The notes: generated by a model from the sequence alone, not told the origin. A stretch of 64,000 nt of DNA from Bacteriovoracia bacterium (GCA_050251055.1 JBFWNL010000001.1:11815-75814); one strand, 5' to 3'; positions 47,184-56,484 are shown, numbered from the stretch's first letter. Program-made: numbers and translations.

Positions 47184-48504
47184 GCAAGGTTTTTCCCTCT
47201 CCGAGGCGATGCTCTCCCTTTTCGTCATCGCCACGGTGGCCGTTGCGGGAGCGGCGGCATTCCGGTCGTCTCCGGGGGATGCCGCCTGGGCCGAAAAGCG
47301 GCTCTACGCAAATGCCGGATCGGTGGATATGTGCGAGCTGAACCTAAAAGACCAGCTCGCTCCCGCCGTTCATCAAAGCGTGAAGCTGGCGGACTGGAAG
47401 TGGTCTTCGCCTTCGTCCGCGACGGGCAGTAGCCCGGAGCCGATCCAGTTTTCCCAGGTGCGCTTAGAAAGCGAGTCCGAAACCCCTTCCGGCACGGAAT
47501 CCTTGCAGGTAGAGGCTTGGCTGCGTGCGGAGGCAGGCAATCCGAAAGGCAGCGTGCAGAAGTATAATTACCCGGTGTCGTTGCTCGTAGACGTGGCCAC
47601 TCGGAAAATCGTGCGTTGCCTGTCTCCCAAGGCGACGGTCTTATCCAATGCGGACTGCGAAGGCGAGGGAAGCTGGCTCCAAGGCTTACTGGGCGGCATA
47701 ACGGTTTGCCAAAACACGCCCGTTTCCCTCAAGGAGGCGCAGATGTGTCCCGCGGGGCAGGCGATCACGCAGGTCACCCAGGACGGCAAGGTGGTGTGCA
47801 CGTCCTATGGTTGGAATGACGCTTCGGTCGTGGCCAAAATCGAATACGAACAGTTCATTAAGTGGGACGTGATCACGGGAGCGGTGGCTTCTTCCCAGTT
47901 GGGTTTTTTCGGTGATCCCCTGAGCCCCGACTACCCCAATCCGACGGCCGCCGGCGCAAATAAGAGCGACGTATACGATCGGCTTCAGCTTTTTATCGAC
48001 TTCAATCAAAAACCGGAGTTAAAGGCCGCGAACTGGCTGGTGGGCCGGTTCTTTGTCGTCGACCCCGGAAGCCAGTCGGTATCGCTGCGTCTGAACGTGG
48101 ACTACTATACGTTCGACAACTTGGTGCAGTGGTTTCCGGATTACGGCTTCGGTCCGCCCAATCATGATCCGACCAAGCGGAGCATGCCTTATTACGCAAA
48201 CCCCTATAAAGGCCCGGGCCAAAAGAAAGACTCCCTGGTGTTCGCGTACCAGCTCAACGCCCGGGATCAATATCTGGAGCTGCGTTCCGAGGTCCACTTC
48301 GTCAAAGACATCACGCCCGATCAATTCCCCAATATACAAGCCAATCTGCGCCTGTGCACGGGCTTGAGCCAGGACGAGCAAAATCCCTGCAGCCTCGAGT
48401 ATTGGCGCCAAATCGATCAAGGCGGCCCGCCCACGAGCCCTCCGGGGAACGGGATGCCGCCGGGGTGGATCCCGAAGTCCGGGGTTTTGGGCGCGAATTT
48501 TTAA
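47176..48504 (+). CDS. Pilin-like protein
   Basis: AGGAGG RBS; KQG|FSLSEAM + TM; CPAGQAITQV..DG.VVC. Confidence 0.8.
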   Translation: MDKQGFSLSEAMLSLFVIATVAVAGAAAFRSSPGDAAWAEKRLYANAGSVDMCELNLKDQLAPAVHQSVKLADWKWSSPSSATGSSPEPIQFSQVRLESESETPSGTESLQVEAWLRAEAGNPKGSVQKYNYPVSLLVDVATRKIVRCLSPKATVLSNADCEGEGSWLQGLLGGITVCQNTPVSLKEAQMCPAGQAITQVTQDGKVVCTSYGWNDASVVAKIEYEQFIKWDVITGAVASSQLGFFGDPLSPDYPNPTAAGANKSDVYDRLQLFIDFNQKPELKAANWLVGRFFVVDPGSQSVSLRLNVDYYTFDNLVQWFPDYGFGPPNHDPTKRSMPYYANPYKGPGQKKDSLVFAYQLNARDQYLELRSEVHFVKDITPDQFPNIQANLRLCTGLSQDEQNPCSLEYWRQIDQGGPPTSPPGNGMPPGWIPKSGVLGANF

Positions 48505-48524
48505 ATGAAAGCAAAGGAGTAACG

Positions 48525-49253
48525 ATGAAAATCAATCCGTTTTCGGTCGGGATCGGTGTCTTCGCATTGCTGGTTTCATTTAGCGTAGAGGCGAAAAAGA
48601 ATAAGGAGAAAGAGAAAAACAAAGACAAGAACCAGATTACCTCGACCAGCAAGCCCGTGAAGGCAAGCGCGTCGGTAAAGAAAGCACTCCAGACGATCGC
48701 CAGCTACCGCGCGAGCACGCAAGCGATGGGAAATTCCGGGGGAAGCCCGTCCGGGAGCGGGGTGGTGTTGGGCAAGGATGTGCTTTCTTCTCAGTACCAA
48801 GGCGCCTACGGTGAAACGAAAGTCACCAGCGAGTCGAAGTTCACTGAACGCGGGGACAAACAGCGGGCGAAGCTGGAGAAAAAGCTCGCTCAAGCCGATG
48901 GAAACACGGAGAAGCTCGTGAAGCTGCAGGCGAAGCTTCTCAAGAAAGCGGCCAAGGCCGAAAAGACCTTGGCGAAAGTCCAGAAGGCCAAGGCGAAAGA
49001 TGCGGTGGGCACTTCGTTGGCGGAAGAGTTATTGATGGCTCAAAAAGAATACTACGAAATGCAGGCCAACTACGTGCAAAGCTACGCTCCGCCGGTGGTG
49101 GAGTCGTCCGCGCCGGTGGACCCGAACGTCTGCCTACGTGAAGGCGATTGCGTGTCGGCGTACGAAGGGGATCTGGCCGGGGGTGAATATTATACCAGCG
49201 AGAGCCCAAGCGCGGGAGGCGGTGGGGGCTCGCCGGCGTCGGTGGCGTATTGA
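48525..49253 (+). CDS. Secreted Lys-rich coiled-coil protein
   Basis: AAGGAG RBS; signal peptide ending VEA. Confidence 0.7.
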   Translation: MKINPFSVGIGVFALLVSFSVEAKKNKEKEKNKDKNQITSTSKPVKASASVKKALQTIASYRASTQAMGNSGGSPSGSGVVLGKDVLSSQYQGAYGETKVTSESKFTERGDKQRAKLEKKLAQADGNTEKLVKLQAKLLKKAAKAEKTLAKVQKAKAKDAVGTSLAEELLMAQKEYYEMQANYVQSYAPPVVESSAPVDPNVCLREGDCVSAYEGDLAGGEYYTSESPSAGGGGGSPASVAY

Positions 49254-49295
49254 GACGCCTCCGGGGTGTTTGGGTGAGAGTATCGTTGATATAGA

Positions 49296-49343
49296 AAAAC
49301 CCCGCGGATCCCAGCCGATATGGCCTTCCTCCGCGGGGCTTTC
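49296..49343. terminator. Probable bidirectional terminator
   Basis: CCCCGCGGA...TCCGCGGGG with flanking A/T runs between convergent genes. Confidence 0.6.
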
Positions 49344-49352
49344 TTTAGAAAT

Positions 49353-49721
49353 TTAGAGTCCCGAGATGGCCCCGCCGTACCATCCGATATCGTCGAAGTT
49401 ACCTCCGCAAAATAAGTCCGTTATCCTCTGGTATTCTCGCTCTTGCGCATCCGACCATTGTCCGCCCGGTCCAGCAGGGAAACAGCGCTTTACGTAGGAA
49501 TAGGCGGCGTGCGCGCAGGCTTGACAGGGATTGCCGGGATCGTCGTAGCATCCGCCTGCTTGCAGATAGGCCTGACAAGCTCCCGTGTATTGGGCCAGCG
49601 GCTGGAACCAGTCCAGACAGGCTTGCGTAACCCTGTGCACTTCTGCCGCCGTGGCGGAGGCTGACGATTGAAAGGCGCTTAACGCTAACAAAAGCATGAC
49701 GAATATCTTCCGAATTTTCAT
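49353..49721 (-). CDS. Small secreted Cys-rich protein
   Basis: Signal peptide; seven Cys in the mature part. Confidence 0.7.
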   Translation of the reverse strand: MKIRKIFVMLLLALSAFQSSASATAAEVHRVTQACLDWFQPLAQYTGACQAYLQAGGCYDDPGNPCQACAHAAYSYVKRCFPAGPGGQWSDAQEREYQRITDLFCGGNFDDIGWYGGAISGL

Positions 49722-49981
49722 AGGATTCCCCTCTTGCCCAGTTAGACGAGCTCGCTTGCGAAAACCTTACTTGAGAACGTATGAATAAATAGGCTGGGTC
49801 CGGGGTGACTCGGTGGGATTTCAGACTTATGCAAAACCTAGTCGACTATTGCGCTAGTGAACTAAAAACCGGTTCTTTTAGAAAACGCTTTTGAAATGCC
49901 GGCTCGAAGTGTGGCCGAAGTGCGGAAGCTGACGCGGGATGTTCAGCAGGCTTCGCGTTTGAGTACGCAGCGGGCGTTGGC

Positions 49982-50281
49982 TTAAGCCACTTCCTCCAGT
50001 TCGTACCGGATACGCAAACCAAAAGGCGCTAGATAGGTATTCAAGGTTTCTGGTTTGGGCGTGCGTTTCCCACGTAAGAATGCCGTGACGTGCGGGGCGT
50101 GCACCTTGGCGAGCTTGGCGAACTCTTTGACGCCCATGCGGTAAATCGTGTGTTTGAGGGCGGCTTCTAGGCTCATCCCGTCGTCGCCTTCCATGAGCGC
50201 GAAGAGGAAGTGTTTAGTCTGCTTGGGGCTTTTGAGCAGTCGTTGGCTGAGCTGTTGCTCGTAAGTTTCATTTCGATTCAT
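49982..50281 (-). CDS. HTH antitoxin (addiction-module antidote type)
   Basis: YL/FL..L...D...AL...I..MGV..FAK...R.PK.ETL..YL.PFGL pattern. Confidence 0.8.
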   Translation of the reverse strand: MNRNETYEQQLSQRLLKSPKQTKHFLFALMEGDDGMSLEAALKHTIYRMGVKEFAKLAKVHAPHVTAFLRGKRTPKPETLNTYLAPFGLRIRYELEEVA

Positions 50282-50387
50282 CGCGGTATTCCTCTTGGCT
50301 CCTCCCAGGGCTACTCGTTCCACGTAGGCATCGACTCGGCTTTGAACAGCGGCAGGTAGCTGGTCGGAAAATCCGAATGCTTTTCAT
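50278..50387 (-). pseudogene. Deleted remnant of a RelE/HigB-type addiction-module toxin
   Basis: ATG 50387 gives MKSIRIF; after a frame change DQLPAAVQSRVDAYVERVALGG; the catalytic middle is missing; abuts the antitoxin start. Confidence 0.6.
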
Positions 50388-50398
50388 GGACGCGCCTT

Positions 50399-50422
50399 TA
50401 AAATACCAAAAATGGTATTTTT
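50399..50422. promoter_or_regulatory. Palindromic operator of the TA operon
   Basis: AAAAATACCA-AAAA-TGGTATTTTT just upstream of the toxin remnant. Confidence 0.6.
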
Positions 50423-50471
50423 GGTCGACTCTAAAAGAGGCGGCGCATTTTTTTAGTAAGACTTTGAAATA

Positions 50472-50526
50472 ATTGAACTTCCCAACTTGAGATCACAAAT
50501 TGTGATTTCAAGTTGGGAAGTTCAAT
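50472..50526. repeat. 55-bp near-perfect palindrome homologous to the ORF6N internal palindrome
   Basis: 27-bp arms, 1-nt centre, one mismatch (50491/50507). Confidence 0.95.
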
Positions 50527-50529
50527 CGT

Positions 50530-51021
50530 TCATTCTTCCGATAGTCCGGCGATCAGGTCTTTGATTGCATCGAAGACCACTTGGAATTGCCGATCGTGCT
50601 TTGAGTACTTTTGCTCTAACGCCGCGATCTGCCGCGCTAGTTCTTGATCTGTCAGCAAAGATTCCCGAAGTTTTACGAAAGTTCTCATGATGAGTACGTT
50701 CACCTCGATGGCGCGGGGGCTAGAAAGGACGCTGGAGAGCATAGCGACGCCTTGTTCGGTGAACGCCAAGGGTGAACGTCGACGTCCTCCATGACCATGA
50801 CTTGAGGTCACATTTTGAGACCTCAAGATTGCAAACTCCGCATTGCTTAATGTGAACATGAAATCACCGGGGAATCTTGCGGGGTTCCGCTTCACTTGCT
50901 GATTTAGCTGGCCCGTAGGTATCTGATAGAGGTCCGCTAAATCGTGATCCAACATGACGCTTAAGCCGCGAATTCGGTAGATTTTCGGTTCAACGCTGAC
51001 GGGTGGGGAGGCGGAATCCAT
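50530..51021 (-). CDS. ORF6N-domain DNA-binding protein
   Basis: IRGLSVMLD.DLA.LY, LNQQVKRN..RFP.DFMF.L, LRSQNVTSS, GGRR..P.AFTEQGVAMLSSVL.S..AI.VN..IMR.FV. Confidence 0.95.
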   Translation of the reverse strand: MDSASPPVSVEPKIYRIRGLSVMLDHDLADLYQIPTGQLNQQVKRNPARFPGDFMFTLSNAEFAILRSQNVTSSHGHGGRRRSPLAFTEQGVAMLSSVLSSPRAIEVNVLIMRTFVKLRESLLTDQELARQIAALEQKYSKHDRQFQVVFDAIKDLIAGLSEE

Positions 51022-51143
51022 TCCCGCCTGCGCTACAAAGTCTGGGCCGGACGCCAGCTTGTTTCGGGGATATAGGTCTTGTAGGGTGGATCGGTGGTTG
51101 GATTTCGGACTGCGGGGAGCCACTGGAGCCCTTGGGAGATCGC

Positions 51144-51636
51144 ATGAATAACACTTGGTATTTCTTACTGATGGTCCTGCCGGGGTATACGGCGGTGAAT
51201 GCCCAGCGGCAGGGGCAGAGCTTTTGGTTTGGGTTAGGGGTGGGGCTTCTGGTCTCCGGGGTTTTGTTTGGGGTGACGAAGGGGATTGAGAAGGTTCGGG
51301 GGAAGAAGTTTGGGCCTACTCCTTCCTGGATGTCGCCGGGGAAGACCGCGCTGGGGTTGGGGGTGGTGGCGGTGGTTGCGCTCGGGGTGGCTTTGGTTTT
51401 GGGGCGGGGGTCTTTGCCGCAGACGCATGCGGAGTACATGAAGAAGTTGCTGGCTTCGGGTTGGGTGGATGAGGCGGGGGCATAGGGCGAAGGTGACGGA
51501 GGCGAAGGCGGAGCAGCTTCGGGTGGCGTTTACGAGTTGTTTGCGGGCGGATATGGCGGCTTGGTTGGAGAGTGGGGATGGGTTGCTTTCGGAGGCGGTT
51601 GGGGGTGGGGACGTGGGTGAATCAGAAGTTTTCTAA
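51144..51636 (+). pseudogene. Membrane protein, probably frameshifted at a G run near 51476-51480
   Basis: Three TM helices, stop at 51485; another frame continues HRAKVTEAKAEQLRVAFTSCLRAD to TAA 51636. Confidence 0.45.
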
Positions 51637-51934
51637 GGGGTGTGTGGATAAGATTTGGGGGCGGTGAGGGGTTAGGGGATGTGCGCTAAACTGATGTGTA
51701 ACGCTGCTGTTGCTGAGAGGTTTTTCTAACTAAAGCTAAAAAAAAAGCGATAGCTGGAAGGAGGATCTTGTTTGGGATCGCGCAAATACTTTACTACCCA
51801 TAGTCTCATCCGGGCAGAGTTTTTGTTGCTAAAGCGAGGGCTCTATTTGATGCACCGATTTTGAATCGGGTCAATTTTTCTTAACCGGCGATATGCTTAG
51901 AGATACACCACTTGAGATCTCTTAAACTATTTTT

Positions 51935-53017
51935 ATGTCGGACATAAAAATTGAATACTCAGAACTTTCAGTGAGAATAATTGGCACAGAAATCCGTAGT
52001 GGTGAGGTCGAGGCAAAGCGATTTACCTACTCTGTTGATGATCTGCGTGGTCTGATGGAGTCGGTGAAGAAGTCCCATAAAGAGCTGGCGTCATCAATTC
52101 AAGATATTGAGCCAAAATACAGTAAAAAATACCAAAAAATTGGGATTGAAAAGATTCTTAAGAAAAAAGAACGCGGGGTCGAGTTTTATCATTTTCGTTT
52201 GGCTTACCTGCGCCGTATTCAAGAAAATATACAGGTAAGAAATGTAGACAAAGAGTACAAGTTACGGACAATAAAGCTAGGTTCTGCAGAGTACCAATCT
52301 GTTCCGCTTCATATCTCTATCGCGCCTAGTGCGAGGATAGTTTTATTGGATAGTCGTTGCCACTCCGCTCCAACGCAACAGTTTTTGCATAAGGTTCTTA
52401 TGCCGTTTCTTAATCCAACAAAATTTGGGTTAAATTCTGCTTCTGACATTGATCGTTCCTTACGTGTGAGAGTGTTTCCTGTTAAAGCTCGTTTTTTTAA
52501 TAAAATTCTAAAAGAGCATTTGAATAGAATATCGCAGATAGGGTTTACGATCGCAAGGCGCCGTCCGTCGACTGGGGGTATTGACTATGAAATTGACAAT
52601 GTGGTTGCGACTAGGCGTGTAGGGCAAGTATTAAAGAAAATATCTGCAGCTTTTATTGGGAAAAAATATGAGGGGGATATTCTTACTGCATTGCCTGTTA
52701 AGCAAGTGAGAATATTGCTTACGTTTGATGAAAAACGTGATGCGGTAGAATTAAAAAAAATGAAAAAAGGTATGCCAAAAGCGTTAGAAAAAGTAGTTGA
52801 GAGCCGTTTGGTACGCGATTCGATGCTTGCATATCACGATGACGATACAGCTAAAATGCATAAAATGCTTTTCTCAGGAGTTTCTATGTCAAAAAATACA
52901 GAGCTTAAGGAGCGTGATTTGTTGCGATCTCAGAAAGCTTGGAGCGAGCACCGTAAAGTCTATTTTGAATCAGAGAATGAGCTTCACGAATTTAGCGATA
53001 GTGCCGATGAACGCTAG
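51935..53017 (+). CDS. AT-rich basic hypothetical protein
   Basis: 360-aa open frame in the AT-rich island; no motif recognised with confidence. Confidence 0.8.
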   Translation: MSDIKIEYSELSVRIIGTEIRSGEVEAKRFTYSVDDLRGLMESVKKSHKELASSIQDIEPKYSKKYQKIGIEKILKKKERGVEFYHFRLAYLRRIQENIQVRNVDKEYKLRTIKLGSAEYQSVPLHISIAPSARIVLLDSRCHSAPTQQFLHKVLMPFLNPTKFGLNSASDIDRSLRVRVFPVKARFFNKILKEHLNRISQIGFTIARRRPSTGGIDYEIDNVVATRRVGQVLKKISAAFIGKKYEGDILTALPVKQVRILLTFDEKRDAVELKKMKKGMPKALEKVVESRLVRDSMLAYHDDDTAKMHKMLFSGVSMSKNTELKERDLLRSQKAWSEHRKVYFESENELHEFSDSADER

Positions 53018-53486
53018 AATTTGGGTTATCGCCATTACGCCATTTGTTCTTGGGGGAGTTCTTGGGCTTCGCTCATTTGCGATGGATCTGAACTCATTGC
53101 TGACTCTGTTTTTACCAGTGGTGTGGAGTATTCTATTTACACTGGGTGGTGCAATAGTTTTTATGCGTACTCGGAAATCGGACTCGGATTGGCAACGGTC
53201 TAGTGACGAATCATTCACGAAAAGTTTTATCGCGCTTTCGATTGTTCTCAGTCTTCAAACTGTATTTTTTTTGTTGTTGGCGCTTATGTATCCTATACGC
53301 ACATATTTGGTTGGGATTTTATTGGGCTTTGATTTTTTTTCCGCCTATATCCCAAGATTGATTTGCCTGTATAAGGCTTTGCTCTTTTCGTTGATACTAA
53401 TACCCAGCGTGTTTTCTCTCTTCATAGGGGTTTGGATTTTGTATCTAGTATTGAATCCGAGCTCGAAGGTGAAGTTAAGTCGGTAG
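53007..53486 (+). CDS. Four-TM membrane protein
   Basis: ATG 53007 overlaps the upstream gene; about 4 hydrophobic helices. Confidence 0.75.
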   Translation: MNARIWVIAITPFVLGGVLGLRSFAMDLNSLLTLFLPVVWSILFTLGGAIVFMRTRKSDSDWQRSSDESFTKSFIALSIVLSLQTVFFLLLALMYPIRTYLVGILLGFDFFSAYIPRLICLYKALLFSLILIPSVFSLFIGVWILYLVLNPSSKVKLSR

Positions 53487-53506
53487 GTTAAGTGGTTGGA
53501 GAAAAT

Positions 53507-54145
53507 ATGGCCGATGCTACTTGGAAAGAGTTAGAAAAAGATCCATGGATGGCAAACTTAATAGATATCCTAAAGGGCGAGTATGGCGATCCACTGCCTG
53601 AGGAGGTTAAGGAGTGGCTGCTTGATTGCAATCGTTGGTCAGAGGTCGTTCCCACTCAAGCACTTAAGTGGATTGAGGATTTAGGTAGAGTTACTGGTCT
53701 TATTCTTTCGAAACAAGCCGGTGTTTCTGATTTTGTTTGCTTTTGGATTCGTCTCGATGGGGTTTTCGAAGAACTTCAGCCATATTTTTCCCCCAGAAGT
53801 GGAGTTTCGATTCCTGACATGCAGCATTGCTATGACGCAATATTGGCGATGCGAGGATTGTTAAGTGAAGACGAGCTGCTTTGGGTAGAGCATGAGCGTC
53901 ATTGCAACGTTCATCCCATCCCGCAGTACCACCGGAAAGATATTCATAAAACTAAAGGGGGAGAGATTAAGCTTAAGAATCAGTATAAACAAATCAACTT
54001 GGATGACTTGAACGCCCGTCTAAAAAAAGTGATAGCGCCTTATGGAGGCTTGTCAAACCATTTGGCATTCGCCATCGCGACTAGGATCACAGATCATGTG
54101 GATAAGCTTGTCATTGGCGCACGACACTGGCGAAGCGCATACTGA
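53507..54145 (+). CDS. Hypothetical protein
   Basis: GGAG RBS; RHCNVH (Rx4H) motif preceded by E, loosely HEPN-like. Confidence 0.7.
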   Translation: MADATWKELEKDPWMANLIDILKGEYGDPLPEEVKEWLLDCNRWSEVVPTQALKWIEDLGRVTGLILSKQAGVSDFVCFWIRLDGVFEELQPYFSPRSGVSIPDMQHCYDAILAMRGLLSEDELLWVEHERHCNVHPIPQYHRKDIHKTKGGEIKLKNQYKQINLDDLNARLKKVIAPYGGLSNHLAFAIATRITDHVDKLVIGARHWRSAY

Positions 54146-54281
54146 ATCTTTTGTGAAAGAGTTTATTCTACAATAGCTTTTGACTCCATGTTGAGTTCGA
54201 AGCTCGGAGACTATGTGTTAGAGCTCGCTGTTCGCACATTGCGCTTCAATTATGGGTCGGATGTGCTCAGGATGCGGTCGT

Positions 54282-56237
54282 TTATGCATTTGAAGTCATT
54301 ATAAATGTAGATATATTTTTTACAATTTCATCTAACAGAGGAGTTGTCTCGGGATTTTGTTCCAGGTAGTCGACTATGTCCAAGCAGAAGTGGGTTTTAG
54401 CGTCAATTGTTCCAGAGGCTGTGGCAAAGAAAGATACACTCAAGTCGATTATGCCTAGAGTTCTGTCCAAGTATTCTCCAATGGCTATTTTTTCTTGGGA
54501 GTACTCGGAGTATTGTATGTGACCCAATCTGTTTAATATACTTTGCTGATTTGCTTTAATTTCTTTGATAGTCGATTTTTCTATCCACTTCTTTGCGACG
54601 AAGCGTACCGCATTCTCTGGTAATATATTTTCAATTTCCTTCGCCGTTAGTGTGATTAGATTTTCTTTTAACTCTGTCTTTATTTTTTCGTAACGTGGCT
54701 TTGATTTATTGTCACCGTCTAGTATTACCAAGCTTGTGTTTGAAATAGCGGCAGCGTTTACAAAACCTGTGCTACTGCTTGAGTTAAACGAAAAGTGGGA
54801 GAAGTTTGCTCCTCCAAGCTCGATGAAGGTATAGTGTATGTCTTGCTGATAACTGGATTTTGTTTTTCCTAGATGCATAGATAAAAACAGCTCGAAGTAA
54901 CGTCGATCTGTAACCCCCTCGACCCAAATTAATGAGTTTGCTCTGAAGACAGAGGACGCTTGTGCGCCTAAACAGGTCAATAGCTCGCTCTTTCCAGACT
55001 TAATGGGCGTAACATTAGTTTTTTGGTTCTGCCGGGTTACCTTATAGATAGAGATATTTTGCTTGGACACGCTTAAGTCTAGTAAGTGATTTGAATGTGT
55101 CGAGATAAACCATTGATGGCGACTCAGTTTTTCGTTGTTTAATATCTCTTCTAGGAAGCGCCTTTGGAGCCCTGGATGCATAAATAACTCTGGCTCATCG
55201 ATAAAGTAGCACTCCCTATCTTCTGTTAAAAATGCATCGTAGGTTAATGTGATGATATTCTGAATCCCGTCACCAAGGGCATAGATTGGGAGATCTTGTT
55301 GGTGCCCGATTTTAATAAGTAAGACATTTTGCTTTCTGTTTGGAAAGAGGCCTACGGACTCGTTACTGAAAAAACATTCACTAAGAAATGTTTGGTATTC
55401 TTCAATTGCGCGACGAGTTCCGGAGGAGGTTAGGAATTGGTCAAGAACTCGGTCATAAATATTATTTCCGTTAACGACACGTATGCTTTTATTGATCTTG
55501 CCATTTTCCCAATCCTGAGTTTTTCCGTCTAAGAAGAGGTCGAGCAGTATGGTCTTCATTTCCGTATTTGATTCTGCCGGTCGAAGGCTTCTTTTGGCGG
55601 GAATGTACACGCCGTGGAGTGGAGTTCTTAATGGTGAATCTGGTTTTCCATTGAGCCAAGATCCAATCTGATTATACAAGTCGCAGTAGTTTTTTTTAAA
55701 AGCCCAGACCGCATTGGCGTTATGGCAAAATCTTTTTGCTTGAAGAGTAAGTTTGAATTCATCTTCGGACATCTCTTTCGCTCCTTGTAGGAAGTCGCTA
55801 AAGAGAGTTTCATTTGCTTTGGAGAATGTCCCGTTTAGACCAGCGTTTATGGTTTTATTAAAAATTGGAAAATCAGCGTCGAGATTGGTGCCTCCTGTGC
55901 CTGGGCCACGATTGTGGGTTTGAATGGTGTTTTCTAGTACCGCATAAAATTTCTTCAGCTCATCTTGAAAAGTCCTTAATGAGTATGAGGTTGTGTTAAA
56001 AAAAAACGAATTTCCTTCTGCCATGCCAGTGAAAAGTGCTCTTAGGAATCGCGACTTGCCCGTGTTGTTGGGGCCTACAAAAAGATTTACGGGCATTAAG
56101 TGAGAAATGCAGGCGGAGGACGGCGATTCGCTAACTTCGAACTGTTCGGCACAAGGGAGTTCGTCGTTTTTTTTTAGAGAGGTCTTAAGGTTTGCGAAAT
56201 TTATTTCAGTAAAATAGTCCATAACATTCAATCGCAT
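54282..56237 (-). CDS. OLD-family ABC ATPase-TOPRIM nuclease
   Basis: Walker A GPNNTGKS, signature LGDG, Walker B IDEPELFMHP, STHS; TOPRIM WVEGVTD and DGD. Confidence 0.92.
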   Translation of the reverse strand: MRLNVMDYFTEINFANLKTSLKKNDELPCAEQFEVSESPSSACISHLMPVNLFVGPNNTGKSRFLRALFTGMAEGNSFFFNTTSYSLRTFQDELKKFYAVLENTIQTHNRGPGTGGTNLDADFPIFNKTINAGLNGTFSKANETLFSDFLQGAKEMSEDEFKLTLQAKRFCHNANAVWAFKKNYCDLYNQIGSWLNGKPDSPLRTPLHGVYIPAKRSLRPAESNTEMKTILLDLFLDGKTQDWENGKINKSIRVVNGNNIYDRVLDQFLTSSGTRRAIEEYQTFLSECFFSNESVGLFPNRKQNVLLIKIGHQQDLPIYALGDGIQNIITLTYDAFLTEDRECYFIDEPELFMHPGLQRRFLEEILNNEKLSRHQWFISTHSNHLLDLSVSKQNISIYKVTRQNQKTNVTPIKSGKSELLTCLGAQASSVFRANSLIWVEGVTDRRYFELFLSMHLGKTKSSYQQDIHYTFIELGGANFSHFSFNSSSSTGFVNAAAISNTSLVILDGDNKSKPRYEKIKTELKENLITLTAKEIENILPENAVRFVAKKWIEKSTIKEIKANQQSILNRLGHIQYSEYSQEKIAIGEYLDRTLGIIDLSVSFFATASGTIDAKTHFCLDIVDYLEQNPETTPLLDEIVKNISTFIMTSNA

Positions 56238-56433
56238 GGGCCTTGCCTTCCGCTCTCAGCGCTAATCGCGCTTCGGCTGCAGGCCGGGCTCCTTCGCGGC
56301 CCGCAAGCGGGCGCCCCGCTCAGTCCGCCTTTCAAGTCCCCTCGTAAGGTACGAAACGCTTCGCGTTTCGCTGTTTATATTCCACCCTATTTTTGAAGTG
56401 CGGGTGGTTAAGTTTCCTAGGTGAGTGGAAATA

Positions 56434-56479
56434 GAAATGCCCCTGGTCAGCAGAAAAGCGTGTGACGCAGGGGCACTTC
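56434..56479 (-). terminator. Stem-loop downstream of tRNA-His
   Basis: TGCCCCTG...CAGGGGCA stem. Confidence 0.55.
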
Positions 56480-56484
56480 AAAAC

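Noticed and set aside
50400-50532. Selenocysteine or programmed read-through of the ORF6N TGA
   Set aside because: The downstream hairpin does not resemble a bacterial SECIS and there is no redox motif; read-through cannot be supported from sequence alone
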